A stretch of 64,000 nt of DNA from the NCBI GenBank assembly GCA_039804105.1, contig JBDRZU010000001.1, positions 1,312,001 to 1,376,000 on the forward strand, read 5' to 3'. This DNA comes from a candidate division WOR-3 bacterium. GTDB taxonomy: Bacteria; Hydrothermota; 32-111. How positions within the stretch are numbered: position 1 is the stretch's first letter; each line of letters starts with the position of its first letter. The position numbers and the translations under genes were made by a program. The notes under the pieces are model-generated. The model searched no databases, was not told the DNA's origin, and saw only the letters and a list, made by a program, of their open reading frames with translations. Positions 14,045 through 24,585 of this stretch are shown here, in pieces.

Positions 14045-16210
14045 ATGAAAACAAAAATTTTATTTTTTATTATTCTTGTTATCTTTATAAAGTCTTTTGC
14101 GGAAATAAGGATTCTTGTTGATAAGAACGATTTTGATCTTCTGAAAAAAGATTTGAAATCTATCGATATAATAGGATTTGAAAAGGATAAAAATTATCTT
14201 CTTAATCTTACAGATGAAGATTTAAAAATAGTTAACAGTTTGAATTTAAAGTATAAAATCTATGAACCTAAAAGTTACAAAATCGATTATAAAAGTTTAG
14301 CAGGATATTTTTCCTATATAGATTCTTTAGTTTTAAAATTCCAAAACATAGTAAAACTTGAAACTCTTGGTTTCACTTTCAACAACAATCCTCTTGTGAT
14401 CTTAAAAATCAATGGAATAGATGCTTCCAACTACTCAGGACAGAACACTTTTCTGTTGATGGCTTTACATCATGCAAGAGAATGGCAAACAACAGTTACA
14501 GCAATATTTTTTGCAGAATCTTTACTTGCTTCTTATGGAAAGGATAGTTTGATAACGGAACTTATAGATAAAAATTTTATAATAATATTTCCTATAGTTA
14601 ACCCCGATGGATACTATTATTCACACGATGATCCTTCAGGTGATAATTACTGGAGAAAGAACAGAACATATAGAAATGGTTATTATGGAGTTGATCTGAA
14701 TAGAAACTATGGGGGAGCATGTAATCGAATAATTCAGAGTGATTGGGGTTATCCATCAGGTATAACACATAACCCTTCTGATCTTTATACATACTGTGGA
14801 CCCTATCCATCGAGTGAAATTGAGGTCAGATGTGTTGAGGATATTGTAAAAAACTATAATGTGAAAATTTCTTTGTCACTTCACTCCTATGGAGAAGATA
14901 TTCTTTATCCATGGACTTCCGTTTACAACTTTACTCTCGATGAACATATAATAACAGATTTTGCTTACAGGATAGCATCCAGAATGAAAAAAAATAGTGG
15001 AGAACCTTATGATACTTTAAGGTCTGCTGCTTTATATGCAACAACAGGTGATACTGATGATTGGATCTATGGGTTTTCAAAATTTGTTAAAGGTAAAACA
15101 ACGATTCCTTTTACTGTTGAAATGGATAACACTTTTCAGCCACCCGCATCAACCCTTGATATTTTATGCAGAAATGTTTTCCCTGGTTTTTTGGAAGGAT
15201 TAATTTTAACTGACAGTGTTGAGGAAAAAACCGAAGAGATACCTTTAAAACCTAAAGTCGAAATCGTTTCGGATTCCCTTTTTTGGACACTTCAAAATGG
15301 TGAATTTTCAGATTTTTATAGAGTAAAAATATATTCAGGAATGGAAAAATTAATTGATAGTTTAAACGATCCTGATCTTTATAACTTGATAAACATAAAT
15401 ATCGATTCGTCAGTATACTATTCTCCAAAATACTCTTTCCATCCAAAAAATCTTAACAGCTCGTTTTCGATAATAGAGGGCAAATATAAAAAACAATATT
15501 TCACAAACGATACATTTTATATGATGTTAAGATATGACCTTGAAAAGGATTATGATGTGCTGCTTGTAGAATATTCAACAGATGGGTTCGAGTATCACCC
15601 GATAGATACAAATTTTTACAAGTTTACTGGAACGAATCTGAACTGGAACCTTTTGAAAATTCCTTTTAAAGGGGATACAAACTATATATTTTTAAGAATC
15701 AGAACACTCTTTGATCCATTCACTTTAAACAGTGGTGTCTGGATTGACAATATTGGTTATCTGACCTCATTTAAAAGTGATTCGATATTTAAAGATTCTA
15801 TTGTTGACACAACGATGTTGATTGAGATCCCAACAGTTGTTCAGACGCATAAGAATTTTTTTGAAGTTATTCCCCATAAAAATAATTTCGGTTTTACAGT
15901 TTCTTCAGATTATATAGAATATTATTTTCCTCTATCTTTACCACCGATTTTTCTTGATAGTTTAAAAGTTGAGGATTACAGTATCGAATTTGATTTTAAA
16001 GAAAAACAACTAATTTTAAAATCTCTGCTTACAAAGAGAAAAGATCTATTGTTGAAAATATACGATCTGAGTGGAAAAAGGATTTACTTTGAAAAATTTT
16101 CTTTTGAAAAAGAAAAGAAGATCGATTTAAAATTTTTGAAGAGTGGAAGATATTTCTTGCTTTTTGAAGGCAAAGACAGAAAAAAATATTCGGTTTTGAT
16201 TTTAAAATGA
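14045..16210 (+). CDS. Secreted M14 zinc carboxypeptidase with T9SS-CTD-like C-terminus
   Basis: Signal peptide; HHARE, WRKNR, DLNRN, LHSY; ends IYDLSGKRI...SGRYFL...VLILK. Confidence 0.85.
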   Translation: MKTKILFFIILVIFIKSFAEIRILVDKNDFDLLKKDLKSIDIIGFEKDKNYLLNLTDEDLKIVNSLNLKYKIYEPKSYKIDYKSLAGYFSYIDSLVLKFQNIVKLETLGFTFNNNPLVILKINGIDASNYSGQNTFLLMALHHAREWQTTVTAIFFAESLLASYGKDSLITELIDKNFIIIFPIVNPDGYYYSHDDPSGDNYWRKNRTYRNGYYGVDLNRNYGGACNRIIQSDWGYPSGITHNPSDLYTYCGPYPSSEIEVRCVEDIVKNYNVKISLSLHSYGEDILYPWTSVYNFTLDEHIITDFAYRIASRMKKNSGEPYDTLRSAALYATTGDTDDWIYGFSKFVKGKTTIPFTVEMDNTFQPPASTLDILCRNVFPGFLEGLILTDSVEEKTEEIPLKPKVEIVSDSLFWTLQNGEFSDFYRVKIYSGMEKLIDSLNDPDLYNLININIDSSVYYSPKYSFHPKNLNSSFSIIEGKYKKQYFTNDTFYMMLRYDLEKDYDVLLVEYSTDGFEYHPIDTNFYKFTGTNLNWNLLKIPFKGDTNYIFLRIRTLFDPFTLNSGVWIDNIGYLTSFKSDSIFKDSIVDTTMLIEIPTVVQTHKNFFEVIPHKNNFGFTVSSDYIEYYFPLSLPPIFLDSLKVEDYSIEFDFKEKQLILKSLLTKRKDLLLKIYDLSGKRIYFEKFSFEKEKKIDLKFLKSGRYFLLFEGKDRKKYSVLILK

Positions 16211-17097
16211 AAGAGGAAGTTCTTGAATTTCTTGAATATCTGAAAAGCAATAAAGGATATTCTGAAAATACCATAAAGTCTTATGAAGATGATCTTGATC
16301 AATTCATTTATTTTCTAAAGGAAAATCAAATAAACGATTTTAAATCGGTAAAAAGGAACGATATAAGAAGTTTCATAACTTTTCTTATCGAATCAAAACT
16401 TTCAAAACGGTCCATCACAAGAAAAATATCGACACTAAAAACATTTTTCAAATTTTTGAAACATAAAGAGATAATAGAAAATGATCCAATGGCTTTCTAT
16501 AAAGGGCTAAAGTCTGAAAAAAAATTGCCGCAGACACTTTCTGTTGCTATTGTTTCAAAATTTCTGGATTCATTTAAAGATGATGATTTTCTGGAGTTAA
16601 GGGATCACCTTATTTTTGAAATCCTTTACGGCTGTGGCACAAGATCGAATGAACTTATAAACATTGAAGATAAAGATATTGACCTTGAAAATAGGATAAT
16701 AAGAATAGAGAAGGGGAAAGGGGATAAAGAAAGAATAGTTCCGTTTAACAATAAAATAAAAGAGTTGATCATAAAATATATACCTTTAAGGGATAAAATC
16801 AGAAGACAAGAGTGTAAAACACTTTTGATTTCAAGAAATGGGAAAAAACTTGATAATAGTATAATCAGGAAAATTGTAAAAAAAAGAATCAAAAATTTTG
16901 CTGAAATATCGAACATTTCTCCACACACTTTAAGACATTCTTTTGCCACACATCTTTTAAATGGTGGAGCTGATATCAGGTTTGTTCAGGAACTTCTTGG
17001 GCATTCTTCGATAGGAACTACACAAATATATACGCATACATCAGTTGAAAGATTGATAGATGTTTACAACGATTGTTTTAAAAGAAATGATCAATAA
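16207..17097 (+). CDS. xerC: Tyrosine recombinase XerC/XerD
   Basis: SAM-like N-domain; GTR, KGDK, HTLRH, LGH, TQIY catalytic set; 296 aa. XerC versus XerD is uncertain. Confidence 0.85.
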   Translation: MKEEVLEFLEYLKSNKGYSENTIKSYEDDLDQFIYFLKENQINDFKSVKRNDIRSFITFLIESKLSKRSITRKISTLKTFFKFLKHKEIIENDPMAFYKGLKSEKKLPQTLSVAIVSKFLDSFKDDDFLELRDHLIFEILYGCGTRSNELINIEDKDIDLENRIIRIEKGKGDKERIVPFNNKIKELIIKYIPLRDKIRRQECKTLLISRNGKKLDNSIIRKIVKKRIKNFAEISNISPHTLRHSFATHLLNGGADIRFVQELLGHSSIGTTQIYTHTSVERLIDVYNDCFKRNDQ

Positions 17098-17987
17098 CTT
17101 TTTCCGTTATCGATAAGATTTTTGGATATACCAATTTTTAGATTTTTCAAAGAATTTTTGTTGTAAAAAAATTGAACAGAATCAGTTTTCGAGAAACCTA
17201 TCTCTTCAGGTTTTTCCCCATTATATAATCTTATAGCAAGGTTTCCACAGAGGTATCCGTGATATGACGGGTCTGGTGAGATCGCAAAGGTTGCTCCGTT
17301 TTTTACAAAGGTTGAATATGGAGCGATTATTGGGATATTTTCGCTTTTTGAAATTTTTAGAAGATTTTCAAATCCTTCCTTAGAGGTTATAAGTTTGTCT
17401 TTACCAAGCCATAATGCCTTTATCCCCACAGTTTTTAAAAGTTTGAAAGTTAAAGGAAGATCATCTAAACTTGAAATATTACCAAGTTCAACAAATAACC
17501 CTTCCTCTTCTGCGATGGTTTTAAACTTTTTTGCATATTCTAAAGAATTATCAACTGAAAAAATTAAACCCAAAGAATCATAGAGAGGCATATTATTTTT
17601 CATCCAGGAAAAAATAGTTTTTTCATTAAGATCAAAGATAACACCACACACATTTTTTTTATTTTTAATGTTATTTGGAACACTTGTAACCATAGACACT
17701 ATAAGAGGAATTGAATCTATCTTTTCTGCGATCTCTTTTACTGCAAAATAACCAACAAGAAGGGCAGTTGATGGTTTCTCATTTTTTATCTTTTCCACAA
17801 TAAAATCAACATTTTTTTGCTCGTTGTTCAAGTTGAAATACACAAGATCATATTCGGCTCTTTCTTTAAAAGAATAAAGCATTGGAGAATATATTTCGTT
17901 ATCCTCAGATTGGATTATATATATATTAAATGAGAAGATTTTTAGGAATAAAAATATTAGAAACAAAAATACACTAATTTTTTTCAT
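17091..17987 (-). CDS. ABC transporter substrate-binding-like protein (ABC_sub_bind type)
   Basis: Signal peptide; periplasmic-binding-fold pattern IPII...VKNGA...NGEKPEEI. Confidence 0.65.
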   Translation of the reverse strand: MKKISVFLFLIFLFLKIFSFNIYIIQSEDNEIYSPMLYSFKERAEYDLVYFNLNNEQKNVDFIVEKIKNEKPSTALLVGYFAVKEIAEKIDSIPLIVSMVTSVPNNIKNKKNVCGVIFDLNEKTIFSWMKNNMPLYDSLGLIFSVDNSLEYAKKFKTIAEEEGLFVELGNISSLDDLPLTFKLLKTVGIKALWLGKDKLITSKEGFENLLKISKSENIPIIAPYSTFVKNGATFAISPDPSYHGYLCGNLAIRLYNGEKPEEIGFSKTDSVQFFYNKNSLKNLKIGISKNLIDNGKSY

Positions 17988-19260
17988 AAATGATGCCTTT
18001 TTTACCAATATCTGTCCTATAAAAAGTGTTATCGATATTTATTTTTTTAATATTAGTGTAAACTCTTTCAATCGATTTTTCAAGGGTGGTGTCAAACGAA
18101 GTTATATTTAAAATTCTTCCTCCCGTATTTTCATAAATATTGTTTTCAATCTCCTTTGATGAAGCATGGAAAAGTATTGTTTTATTATCAAAAATTTTTT
18201 CATCGATTGAAAATTTGATTCCCTTTTTGTAGTCGTCAGGGTAACCTTTTGCTGCTATTACAACAGTTGTAGCATAAAAATTGTTTAATTTGATATCTTT
18301 TGTTTTCAATTCACCTGATGCTATTTCAAGCATTATATCGTAAAGGGAAGAGTCCAATAAAGGAATTATCGATTGTGTTTCTGGATCACCGAATCTTGCA
18401 TTGAATTCAACAACAAATATGTCACTACCGCTCACCATAAGGCCAGCATACAATAGTCCCTTGAATGGCTTTCCTTCTTTTCTTAGTGCATAAAGAATAG
18501 GATCAACAATTTTTTCAACACTTTTATCAACGAGTTTTTGATTAAGAAGTTTGCATGGAGCATAGGAACCCATACCTCCGGTGTTTGGTCCACTATCGTT
18601 ATCAAAAGCTTTTTTATGATCCTGGGCAGGGGGAAGAAGTAAAAATTTTTCCCCATCTGTTAAAATAAAAAGTGAACATTCATCACCTGATAAGAACTCT
18701 TCAAAAACCAATCTTTTGGCAGCTTCTTTAAAAATGTTTCTATGATAAATATCTTCCAGAGCTTTATTGAAATCATCATCATTTTTAATTATCAAAGCAC
18801 CTTTTCCTCCTGCAAGTCCTGAAACCTTGATAACGAATGGAAATGAAAATTTTCTTTTAAAATCTTTTGTTTCTTCAAGAGAGTTTGAAATCTCATACCT
18901 TGCTGTTGGAACATTGTATTTCTTCATCAGATTTTTAGCAAACGACTTATCGGTTTCAATCTTTGCGCTCTCCTTTGATGGTCCAAAAACTTTTATTCCT
19001 TTTGATTCTAAAATGTCTACCGCCCCTTCATCCAAAAATTTTTCTGGTCCTATAACAACCATCTGTATATCTTTTTCTTTAACAAATTCTGCAAGATCTT
19101 CGTAAAAATTTGATTTTGAAAATTCGGGAGATTTCAAAGAATAACTTGCTATTGTTGGGTTTGGATCGTATGAGTAAACGAGTGCTTTATCTCTGTTCAA
19201 CTTATAACAAAGAGCTGATTCCCTTCCACCATTTCCAAGTAAAAAGAGATTTCTTTTCAT
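17974..19260 (-). CDS. purD: Phosphoribosylamine-glycine ligase
   Basis: GNGGRE, GLAGGKG, QDHK, GPNTGGMG, EFNARFGDPE. Confidence 0.97.
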   Translation of the reverse strand: MKRNLFLLGNGGRESALCYKLNRDKALVYSYDPNPTIASYSLKSPEFSKSNFYEDLAEFVKEKDIQMVVIGPEKFLDEGAVDILESKGIKVFGPSKESAKIETDKSFAKNLMKKYNVPTARYEISNSLEETKDFKRKFSFPFVIKVSGLAGGKGALIIKNDDDFNKALEDIYHRNIFKEAAKRLVFEEFLSGDECSLFILTDGEKFLLLPPAQDHKKAFDNDSGPNTGGMGSYAPCKLLNQKLVDKSVEKIVDPILYALRKEGKPFKGLLYAGLMVSGSDIFVVEFNARFGDPETQSIIPLLDSSLYDIMLEIASGELKTKDIKLNNFYATTVVIAAKGYPDDYKKGIKFSIDEKIFDNKTILFHASSKEIENNIYENTGGRILNITSFDTTLEKSIERVYTNIKKINIDNTFYRTDIGKKGIIYEKN

Positions 19261-19808
19261 AGATTAAAGTCCTCTTCAGAGAATATTTCGGCTTGAAACT
19301 TATAAATCTGTGTATCTTTTTCTTTATAGCAATCAGGATAAAGCCCTGCCTTTAAACAGGTTTGTTTCAAAAATTGTTCTCTATCATAGCCCCATTCGGT
19401 TGCAACCTGGGGAAGCAATAAACCACTTCGAAAACCTTTTTTAACAAGTAGCCCATCTTTTCCCACAGTTATATCTTTTAGATCTTGAACTTTTTGAAGT
19501 GGAGTTAAAACAGAAATTTCGATCTTTACTCTTTCAAATTCCTCAAGAGTCAAAGGATAAAATCTCGGATCGTTAAATGCTGCTTCTATAGCCATCTGTG
19601 AAACTGCTTTATAAAGTTCCATAACAGGTTGAATATAACCTATACATCCTCTCAAATCGCCATCGATTTTCAATGTTACAAAACATCCAGATTTCTTTTT
19701 CAATTCCTCGCTTTCCGGTTCAGTTAAAATTAAACTTTCACCATTCAATTCTTTAAGGATCGTTTGCCTTGCGAGTTTTAAAAGATAAATTTTATCTTTG
19801 TTATCCAT
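19257..19808 (-). CDS. amrA: AmmeMemoRadiSam system protein A (AMMECR1 domain)
   Basis: GCFVTL...LRGCIG, DPRF, LLLPQVA, CLKAG. Confidence 0.93.
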   Translation of the reverse strand: MDNKDKIYLLKLARQTILKELNGESLILTEPESEELKKKSGCFVTLKIDGDLRGCIGYIQPVMELYKAVSQMAIEAAFNDPRFYPLTLEEFERVKIEISVLTPLQKVQDLKDITVGKDGLLVKKGFRSGLLLPQVATEWGYDREQFLKQTCLKAGLYPDCYKEKDTQIYKFQAEIFSEEDFNL

Positions 19809-20631
19809 TTTTTACTCCAACAAAAGAAGTGTATCCAACAGTATAACCCGAGTAATCGTTTGTGACATCAGCGCTTGTTATATGGTGAAGTTGTACAAAG
19901 TTTTTTATATTGTACTTTTTATTTAAAAGCAAAATCAAAGTGATCGGCCCAAAGCCACACGCAGGAGAATTTCCAGAAATTTCCTCTTCAACTATATAAT
20001 CGTAGAAAAGTTTATAGTCATTTGAAGAAATTTTTAAAATAGTTTTTTTATCTGTTTCGATTGCTTCATCATAATCGTTTCCATGATAGAGATCTGAAGA
20101 TGCAATGAAACATGTCTTTGACAGGTTGAATTCTGAAATCTTTTCAACAAAATCGAGAGCATTTTCAACTGTCTGTTTGGCCATTATCAATGGAACAAAA
20201 AGAAAATCTTTTGAAAAGATGTATCTTAAAAAGATCGATTGGACTTCAACCGAGTGTTCATCGTTATGAATGTTTTCATTGAATACAAAATTTTTTGATT
20301 TTAACCTGTTTAAAAAATCTCTATCGATTGTTATGTCTCCAAAAGGTGTTTCCCAGATCTCTGATTCAGGCATAACAAATCCATCAAAAAGATGGTGATG
20401 GGATGGGCCAATGACAACTATTCTTTCTATATCTTTATCCTTTAACAGTTTGTAAAAGTGGTATGCTGTGAATCCTGAATAGATGATACCTGCGTGAGGA
20501 ACTATTCCTGTGAAAATTTCACCTTTGATTTTTTGATCTATGTTCTCATCGAATTTTTTAAAAAGTTTTTCTATTTGATTCGCAGAAGAAGGGTAAAAAT
20601 AACCAGCAAATTTCGATTGTCTTTTTTTCAA
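19801..20631 (-). CDS. amrB: AmmeMemoRadiSam system protein B (MEMO1 family)
   Basis: AGYFYP, PHAG, GPSHH, EHSVEVQ, SSDLYH, CGFGP, VGY. Confidence 0.92.
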   Translation of the reverse strand: MKKRQSKFAGYFYPSSANQIEKLFKKFDENIDQKIKGEIFTGIVPHAGIIYSGFTAYHFYKLLKDKDIERIVVIGPSHHHLFDGFVMPESEIWETPFGDITIDRDFLNRLKSKNFVFNENIHNDEHSVEVQSIFLRYIFSKDFLFVPLIMAKQTVENALDFVEKISEFNLSKTCFIASSDLYHGNDYDEAIETDKKTILKISSNDYKLFYDYIVEEEISGNSPACGFGPITLILLLNKKYNIKNFVQLHHITSADVTNDYSGYTVGYTSFVGVKNG

Positions 20632-21515
20632 ATTTTCTCCTTTTTCAAGCCCATATCAATCACTGTTTTTTCAACGAGTTTTTTGTTATTTTCCGATAAA
20701 GGAGCGAGAGGTAATCTTAACTCTCCGGAATCGAGATTTAAAAATTTCATGCAATATTTTACAGGAACCGGATTTGTTTCAACGAATAAAACTTTTGAAA
20801 GCGGATATAGAAATTCATGAAGTTTCCTGCACTCCTCTAAATCGTTTGCATAGAAGAGTTCGAATAATGATTGCATATAATCTGGAACAACATTTGATAT
20901 GGTTGAAATTATACCAACACCTCCAACTGAAAGTAAGGGTAAAAACAAAGAGTCCTCACCAGACATAACAGAAAATCCCTTTTTAGCTTTCAAAAGTATT
21001 TCCGTTGTCTGGTTTATATTCCCACTCGCTTCTTTTATACCAACTATATTTTTTATCTCTGAAAGATAAGCAACAGTCTCAGGTAAAATATTTACACCTG
21101 TTCTTGATGGAACATTGTATATGACTATTTCAAGTTTTGTTGATTTTGCTACCTTTTTAAAATGTTCAACGAGTCCCTGCTGGTTTGGTTTGTTGTAATA
21201 TGGTGTTATAACAAGAGCATAATCGACTCCGATACTTTCAGCTATTTTTGTTTTTTCAATAGTTTTTTCCGTGTTGTTTGTGCCTGTTCCAGCAATAAGA
21301 TAAGCATTTTTCTTATTCGAATTTGCAACTCTTACAACTTTTTCCCATTCATCATCGGATAAAGCGGGTGATTCTCCAGTTGTGCCACATGCAAGAATTC
21401 CCGAAACATTTTTATCGAGTTGTCTTTTGATCTGTTTTTTAAACAGTTCAAAATCAATATTTTTGTCCTTTTTGAAAGGAGTTATCAAAGCAGTGCAACA
21501 ACCTTTTAATCCCAT
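20628..21515 (-). CDS. dapA: 4-hydroxy-tetrahydrodipicolinate synthase
   Basis: GTTGE, PYYNKP, YNVPSRTG, GIKEAS, ETNPVPVK. Confidence 0.95.
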   Translation of the reverse strand: MGLKGCCTALITPFKKDKNIDFELFKKQIKRQLDKNVSGILACGTTGESPALSDDEWEKVVRVANSNKKNAYLIAGTGTNNTEKTIEKTKIAESIGVDYALVITPYYNKPNQQGLVEHFKKVAKSTKLEIVIYNVPSRTGVNILPETVAYLSEIKNIVGIKEASGNINQTTEILLKAKKGFSVMSGEDSLFLPLLSVGGVGIISTISNVVPDYMQSLFELFYANDLEECRKLHEFLYPLSKVLFVETNPVPVKYCMKFLNLDSGELRLPLAPLSENNKKLVEKTVIDMGLKKEKI

Positions 21516-21523
21516 ATTACCTC

Positions 21524-22186
21524 CTATTTTACATACATACTATCCATTGTAAGTGGTGGATTTATTTTTATATTCTGATAATGGATATCTTCAACAACAT
21601 CCCCCTTTTCAAAATTGTAGAAACCTATCAAAAGATTGTTTTCATCGAAAAACATTTTTGTTTCATCAAATCTGTATTTTTCAAGGTTTATGTTTTTTAT
21701 ATGTATAAAATTTGTTTTAACCCCTTTGAATTTTGCTTCACCTGTAAAAATTTCAACACCATTATCATCTAATATATCTAAAGTTCTGTTCAAAACATAA
21801 GGCCAGTCGGATTCTGCTATAGTGATACCTCTTATATTTTTTACTAATGAATTCGATAGATCTAAAGTCAATTTTATTTTTGAAAGTATGCCACCCTGTC
21901 TTCCGGTTACCTTTTGAGTTTTACAGTCAAAAAATGCTTTGCTGCCAATTCGATCACCTTTTATTGACTCCATTCTTATATACTTTGGCTTTAAAAATTT
22001 ATAATCCCAGTAATTATCCGTCGATTTGTTGTTTGATTTCACATATTCATGAAGTATACATGTGTATGTTGTGGTTGTATCAAGAATGGATTTAAAAGAG
22101 TTTAGAATTTTTAGAGATTCCTCCTTTTGGTCAGAAAAAAGTGTCAGGGAAACAAACAAAAAAACAATAACAAAAAATTTTTTCAT
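21524..22186 (-). CDS. Exported LolA-like / DUF1571-like protein
   Basis: Signal peptide; KFLKPKYIRME and YQNIKINPPL resemble LolA-fold proteins. Confidence 0.5.
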   Translation of the reverse strand: MKKFFVIVFLFVSLTLFSDQKEESLKILNSFKSILDTTTTYTCILHEYVKSNNKSTDNYWDYKFLKPKYIRMESIKGDRIGSKAFFDCKTQKVTGRQGGILSKIKLTLDLSNSLVKNIRGITIAESDWPYVLNRTLDILDDNGVEIFTGEAKFKGVKTNFIHIKNINLEKYRFDETKMFFDENNLLIGFYNFEKGDVVEDIHYQNIKINPPLTMDSMYVK

Positions 22187-24573
22187 TTTTTCCTCTTTTT
22201 TGTATTCTTATCGAGTGCTAAATCTATAACCTGATCAAAATTTTTTACAAAATAAAATTTTAAACCTTTCAATGTGTCCTTTGAGATTTCATCAAGATCC
22301 CTTTTGTTGAATTCAGGTAATATTATGTTTTTGATTCCAGCAAGTTTTGCACCGATGATCTTTTCTTTTACTCCCCCAATTGGTAGAACCTTTCCTCTCA
22401 GAGTTATCTCTCCAGTCATTGCTATATCACTCCTTACAGGAATTTCTGACAAGATGGATACAATTGATGTTGCGAGAGTAATCCCTGCAGATGGTCCATC
22501 CTTTGGAATAGCACCTTCGGGAAGATGAATGTGAAGATCATACTTTTCAAAATCCTCTGGTTTTATTTTAAATTTCTTGTAGTTAGCTTTTATGTATGAT
22601 AAAGCAGCCCGTGCACTCTCTTTCATCACATCACCGAGTTGTCCTGTTAATATGAGGTTACCTTTTCCAATCATCTTTATCGCTTCAACAAAAAGTATCT
22701 CTCCACCATTTGGAGTCCATGCCATTCCGGTTGTTATACCTATTTCAGATTTCTTTTCTGCTTTATCTGACAAAAATTTTCTTTTACCTAAATAATCCTT
22801 TACATTGTTCTGATCAATACGGAATTTTTTGTTTTTATTTTCAGCGATCTTTTTTGCAACTTTTCTGCATATACTTCCTATAGTTCTTTCAAGGTTTCTC
22901 ACACCTGCTTCTCTTGTGTAACCATCGATTATCTCTTTCAATCCTTCATCTGTTACAGTCAGGTTATCTTTAGTTAAACCATTTTCTTCTATCTGTCGTG
23001 GTAAAAGGTATCTTTTAGCGATAAAAATTTTATCGTTTATTGTATAACCCGGGAGTTCAATAACCTCCATTCTATCCAAAAGTGCAGGTGGAATCGTATA
23101 AAGAACATTTGCTGTTGTTATGAACATCACCTGTGAGAGATCATAAGCAAGATCAAGATAATGATCCTGAAAAGTATCGTTCTGCATTGGATCAAGAACT
23201 TCAAGTAATGCACTTGATGGATCACCCCTAAAATCTGAACCGATTTTGTCGATCTCATCGAGCATAAAAACGGGATTTGAAGTTTTTGCTTTTTTAATTT
23301 CCTGTATTATCCTTCCAGGTAATGCTCCAACATAGGTCCTTCTATGACCTCTTATCTCTGCTTCGTCATGTATTCCACCGAGAGAAATCCTTACAAAACT
23401 CCTTCCGAGTGCTCTTGCAATAGATTTCCCCAGAGAAGTTTTTCCAACACCTGGAGGTCCAACAAAACAGAGTATTGGTCCTTTCGAATCATTTTTCAAT
23501 TTTCTTACAGCAAGGTATTCGAGTATCCTTTCTTTAACTTTTTCGAGATCATAATGATCTTCATTTAAAATTTTTTCAGCTCTTTTTATATCAAGATTAT
23601 CTTTAGAATATTCGTTCCATGGCAGTTCAAGTATCCAATCGATATATGTTCTTGAAACATTATAATCAGGCATCATAGGGTTCATCATCTCAAGCTTTTC
23701 AATTTCCTTTTCTACGGTTTCGATGACATTCTGTGGCATCCTCTTTTTCTTTAACTTTTCTCTCAACTCGTTTATCTCTTTATCTTTGGGATCATCTTCT
23801 CCAAGTTCCTCTTTTATCGCCTTCAACTGTTCCCTCAGGAAAAATTTTTTCTGGTCCTCATTGATTTCACTTGTAACTTTTGATTTGATCTTTTGACCGA
23901 GTTCGATTATCGATGTCTCTTTTGCAAGTATTTCGCTGATCCTCTCCATCCTTTTGGTTGAATTTTTTATCGTAAGGATTTCATATCTTGTATTCACATC
24001 GATGGGAAGATTTGAAGCGATAAAATCTGCAAGTTTCCATCCTTCCTGAATGCTATCAAGTATTTGAAAAATTTCTTCGGGAAACTGTTGTGATAGTTTT
24101 ATGTAATTTTTGAACTGCTCTTTTAAGTTTCTTATGAGTGCCTGATAAGTTATCGTTGTACTTTCAACTTCCTCAATCTGTTTATATTTTACCAGGAAGT
24201 ATGGTTTATCGTTTGTTAATATTTCTTCTATTTTTGCTCTTTTCATTCCCTGTAAAAGTATTCTAACAGAACCATCGGGAAATCTGAGCATCTTCATTAT
24301 ATTCGCTATAACACCGAACTCTTCAATCTCTTTTGTTGTAAGATTTGAAAGATTTTCTTTTCTTGTGTATCCTAAAAATATGAGTTTGTTGTGTGATAGC
24401 GCATCATCTATAAGTTTTATCTGATTTGGTTCATTTACAGCAACAGGTAGAATTAAAAGCGGATAGATTATAACATCGTTTCTAACAAGTAACGGTAAAA
24501 TTTCAGGAAGTTCTTTATTCTCCTCATTAACCTCTTGTTCATTGTTTTCAACATTTTTTAGATTTTCATCCAT
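22183..24573 (-). CDS. lon: ATP-dependent protease La
   Basis: LON N-domain, GPPGVGKT, LDEIDK, PKDGPSAG, GGVKEK. Confidence 0.98.
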   Translation of the reverse strand: MDENLKNVENNEQEVNEENKELPEILPLLVRNDVIIYPLLILPVAVNEPNQIKLIDDALSHNKLIFLGYTRKENLSNLTTKEIEEFGVIANIMKMLRFPDGSVRILLQGMKRAKIEEILTNDKPYFLVKYKQIEEVESTTITYQALIRNLKEQFKNYIKLSQQFPEEIFQILDSIQEGWKLADFIASNLPIDVNTRYEILTIKNSTKRMERISEILAKETSIIELGQKIKSKVTSEINEDQKKFFLREQLKAIKEELGEDDPKDKEINELREKLKKKRMPQNVIETVEKEIEKLEMMNPMMPDYNVSRTYIDWILELPWNEYSKDNLDIKRAEKILNEDHYDLEKVKERILEYLAVRKLKNDSKGPILCFVGPPGVGKTSLGKSIARALGRSFVRISLGGIHDEAEIRGHRRTYVGALPGRIIQEIKKAKTSNPVFMLDEIDKIGSDFRGDPSSALLEVLDPMQNDTFQDHYLDLAYDLSQVMFITTANVLYTIPPALLDRMEVIELPGYTINDKIFIAKRYLLPRQIEENGLTKDNLTVTDEGLKEIIDGYTREAGVRNLERTIGSICRKVAKKIAENKNKKFRIDQNNVKDYLGKRKFLSDKAEKKSEIGITTGMAWTPNGGEILFVEAIKMIGKGNLILTGQLGDVMKESARAALSYIKANYKKFKIKPEDFEKYDLHIHLPEGAIPKDGPSAGITLATSIVSILSEIPVRSDIAMTGEITLRGKVLPIGGVKEKIIGAKLAGIKNIILPEFNKRDLDEISKDTLKGLKFYFVKNFDQVIDLALDKNTKKRKK

Positions 24574-24585
24574 AGCCAATCCTTT

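Noticed and set aside
16207..17097. Tyrosine recombinase as an integrase of a mobile element
   Set aside because: Size and motifs fit chromosomal XerC/D; no att repeats, tRNA, or phage or cargo genes nearby.
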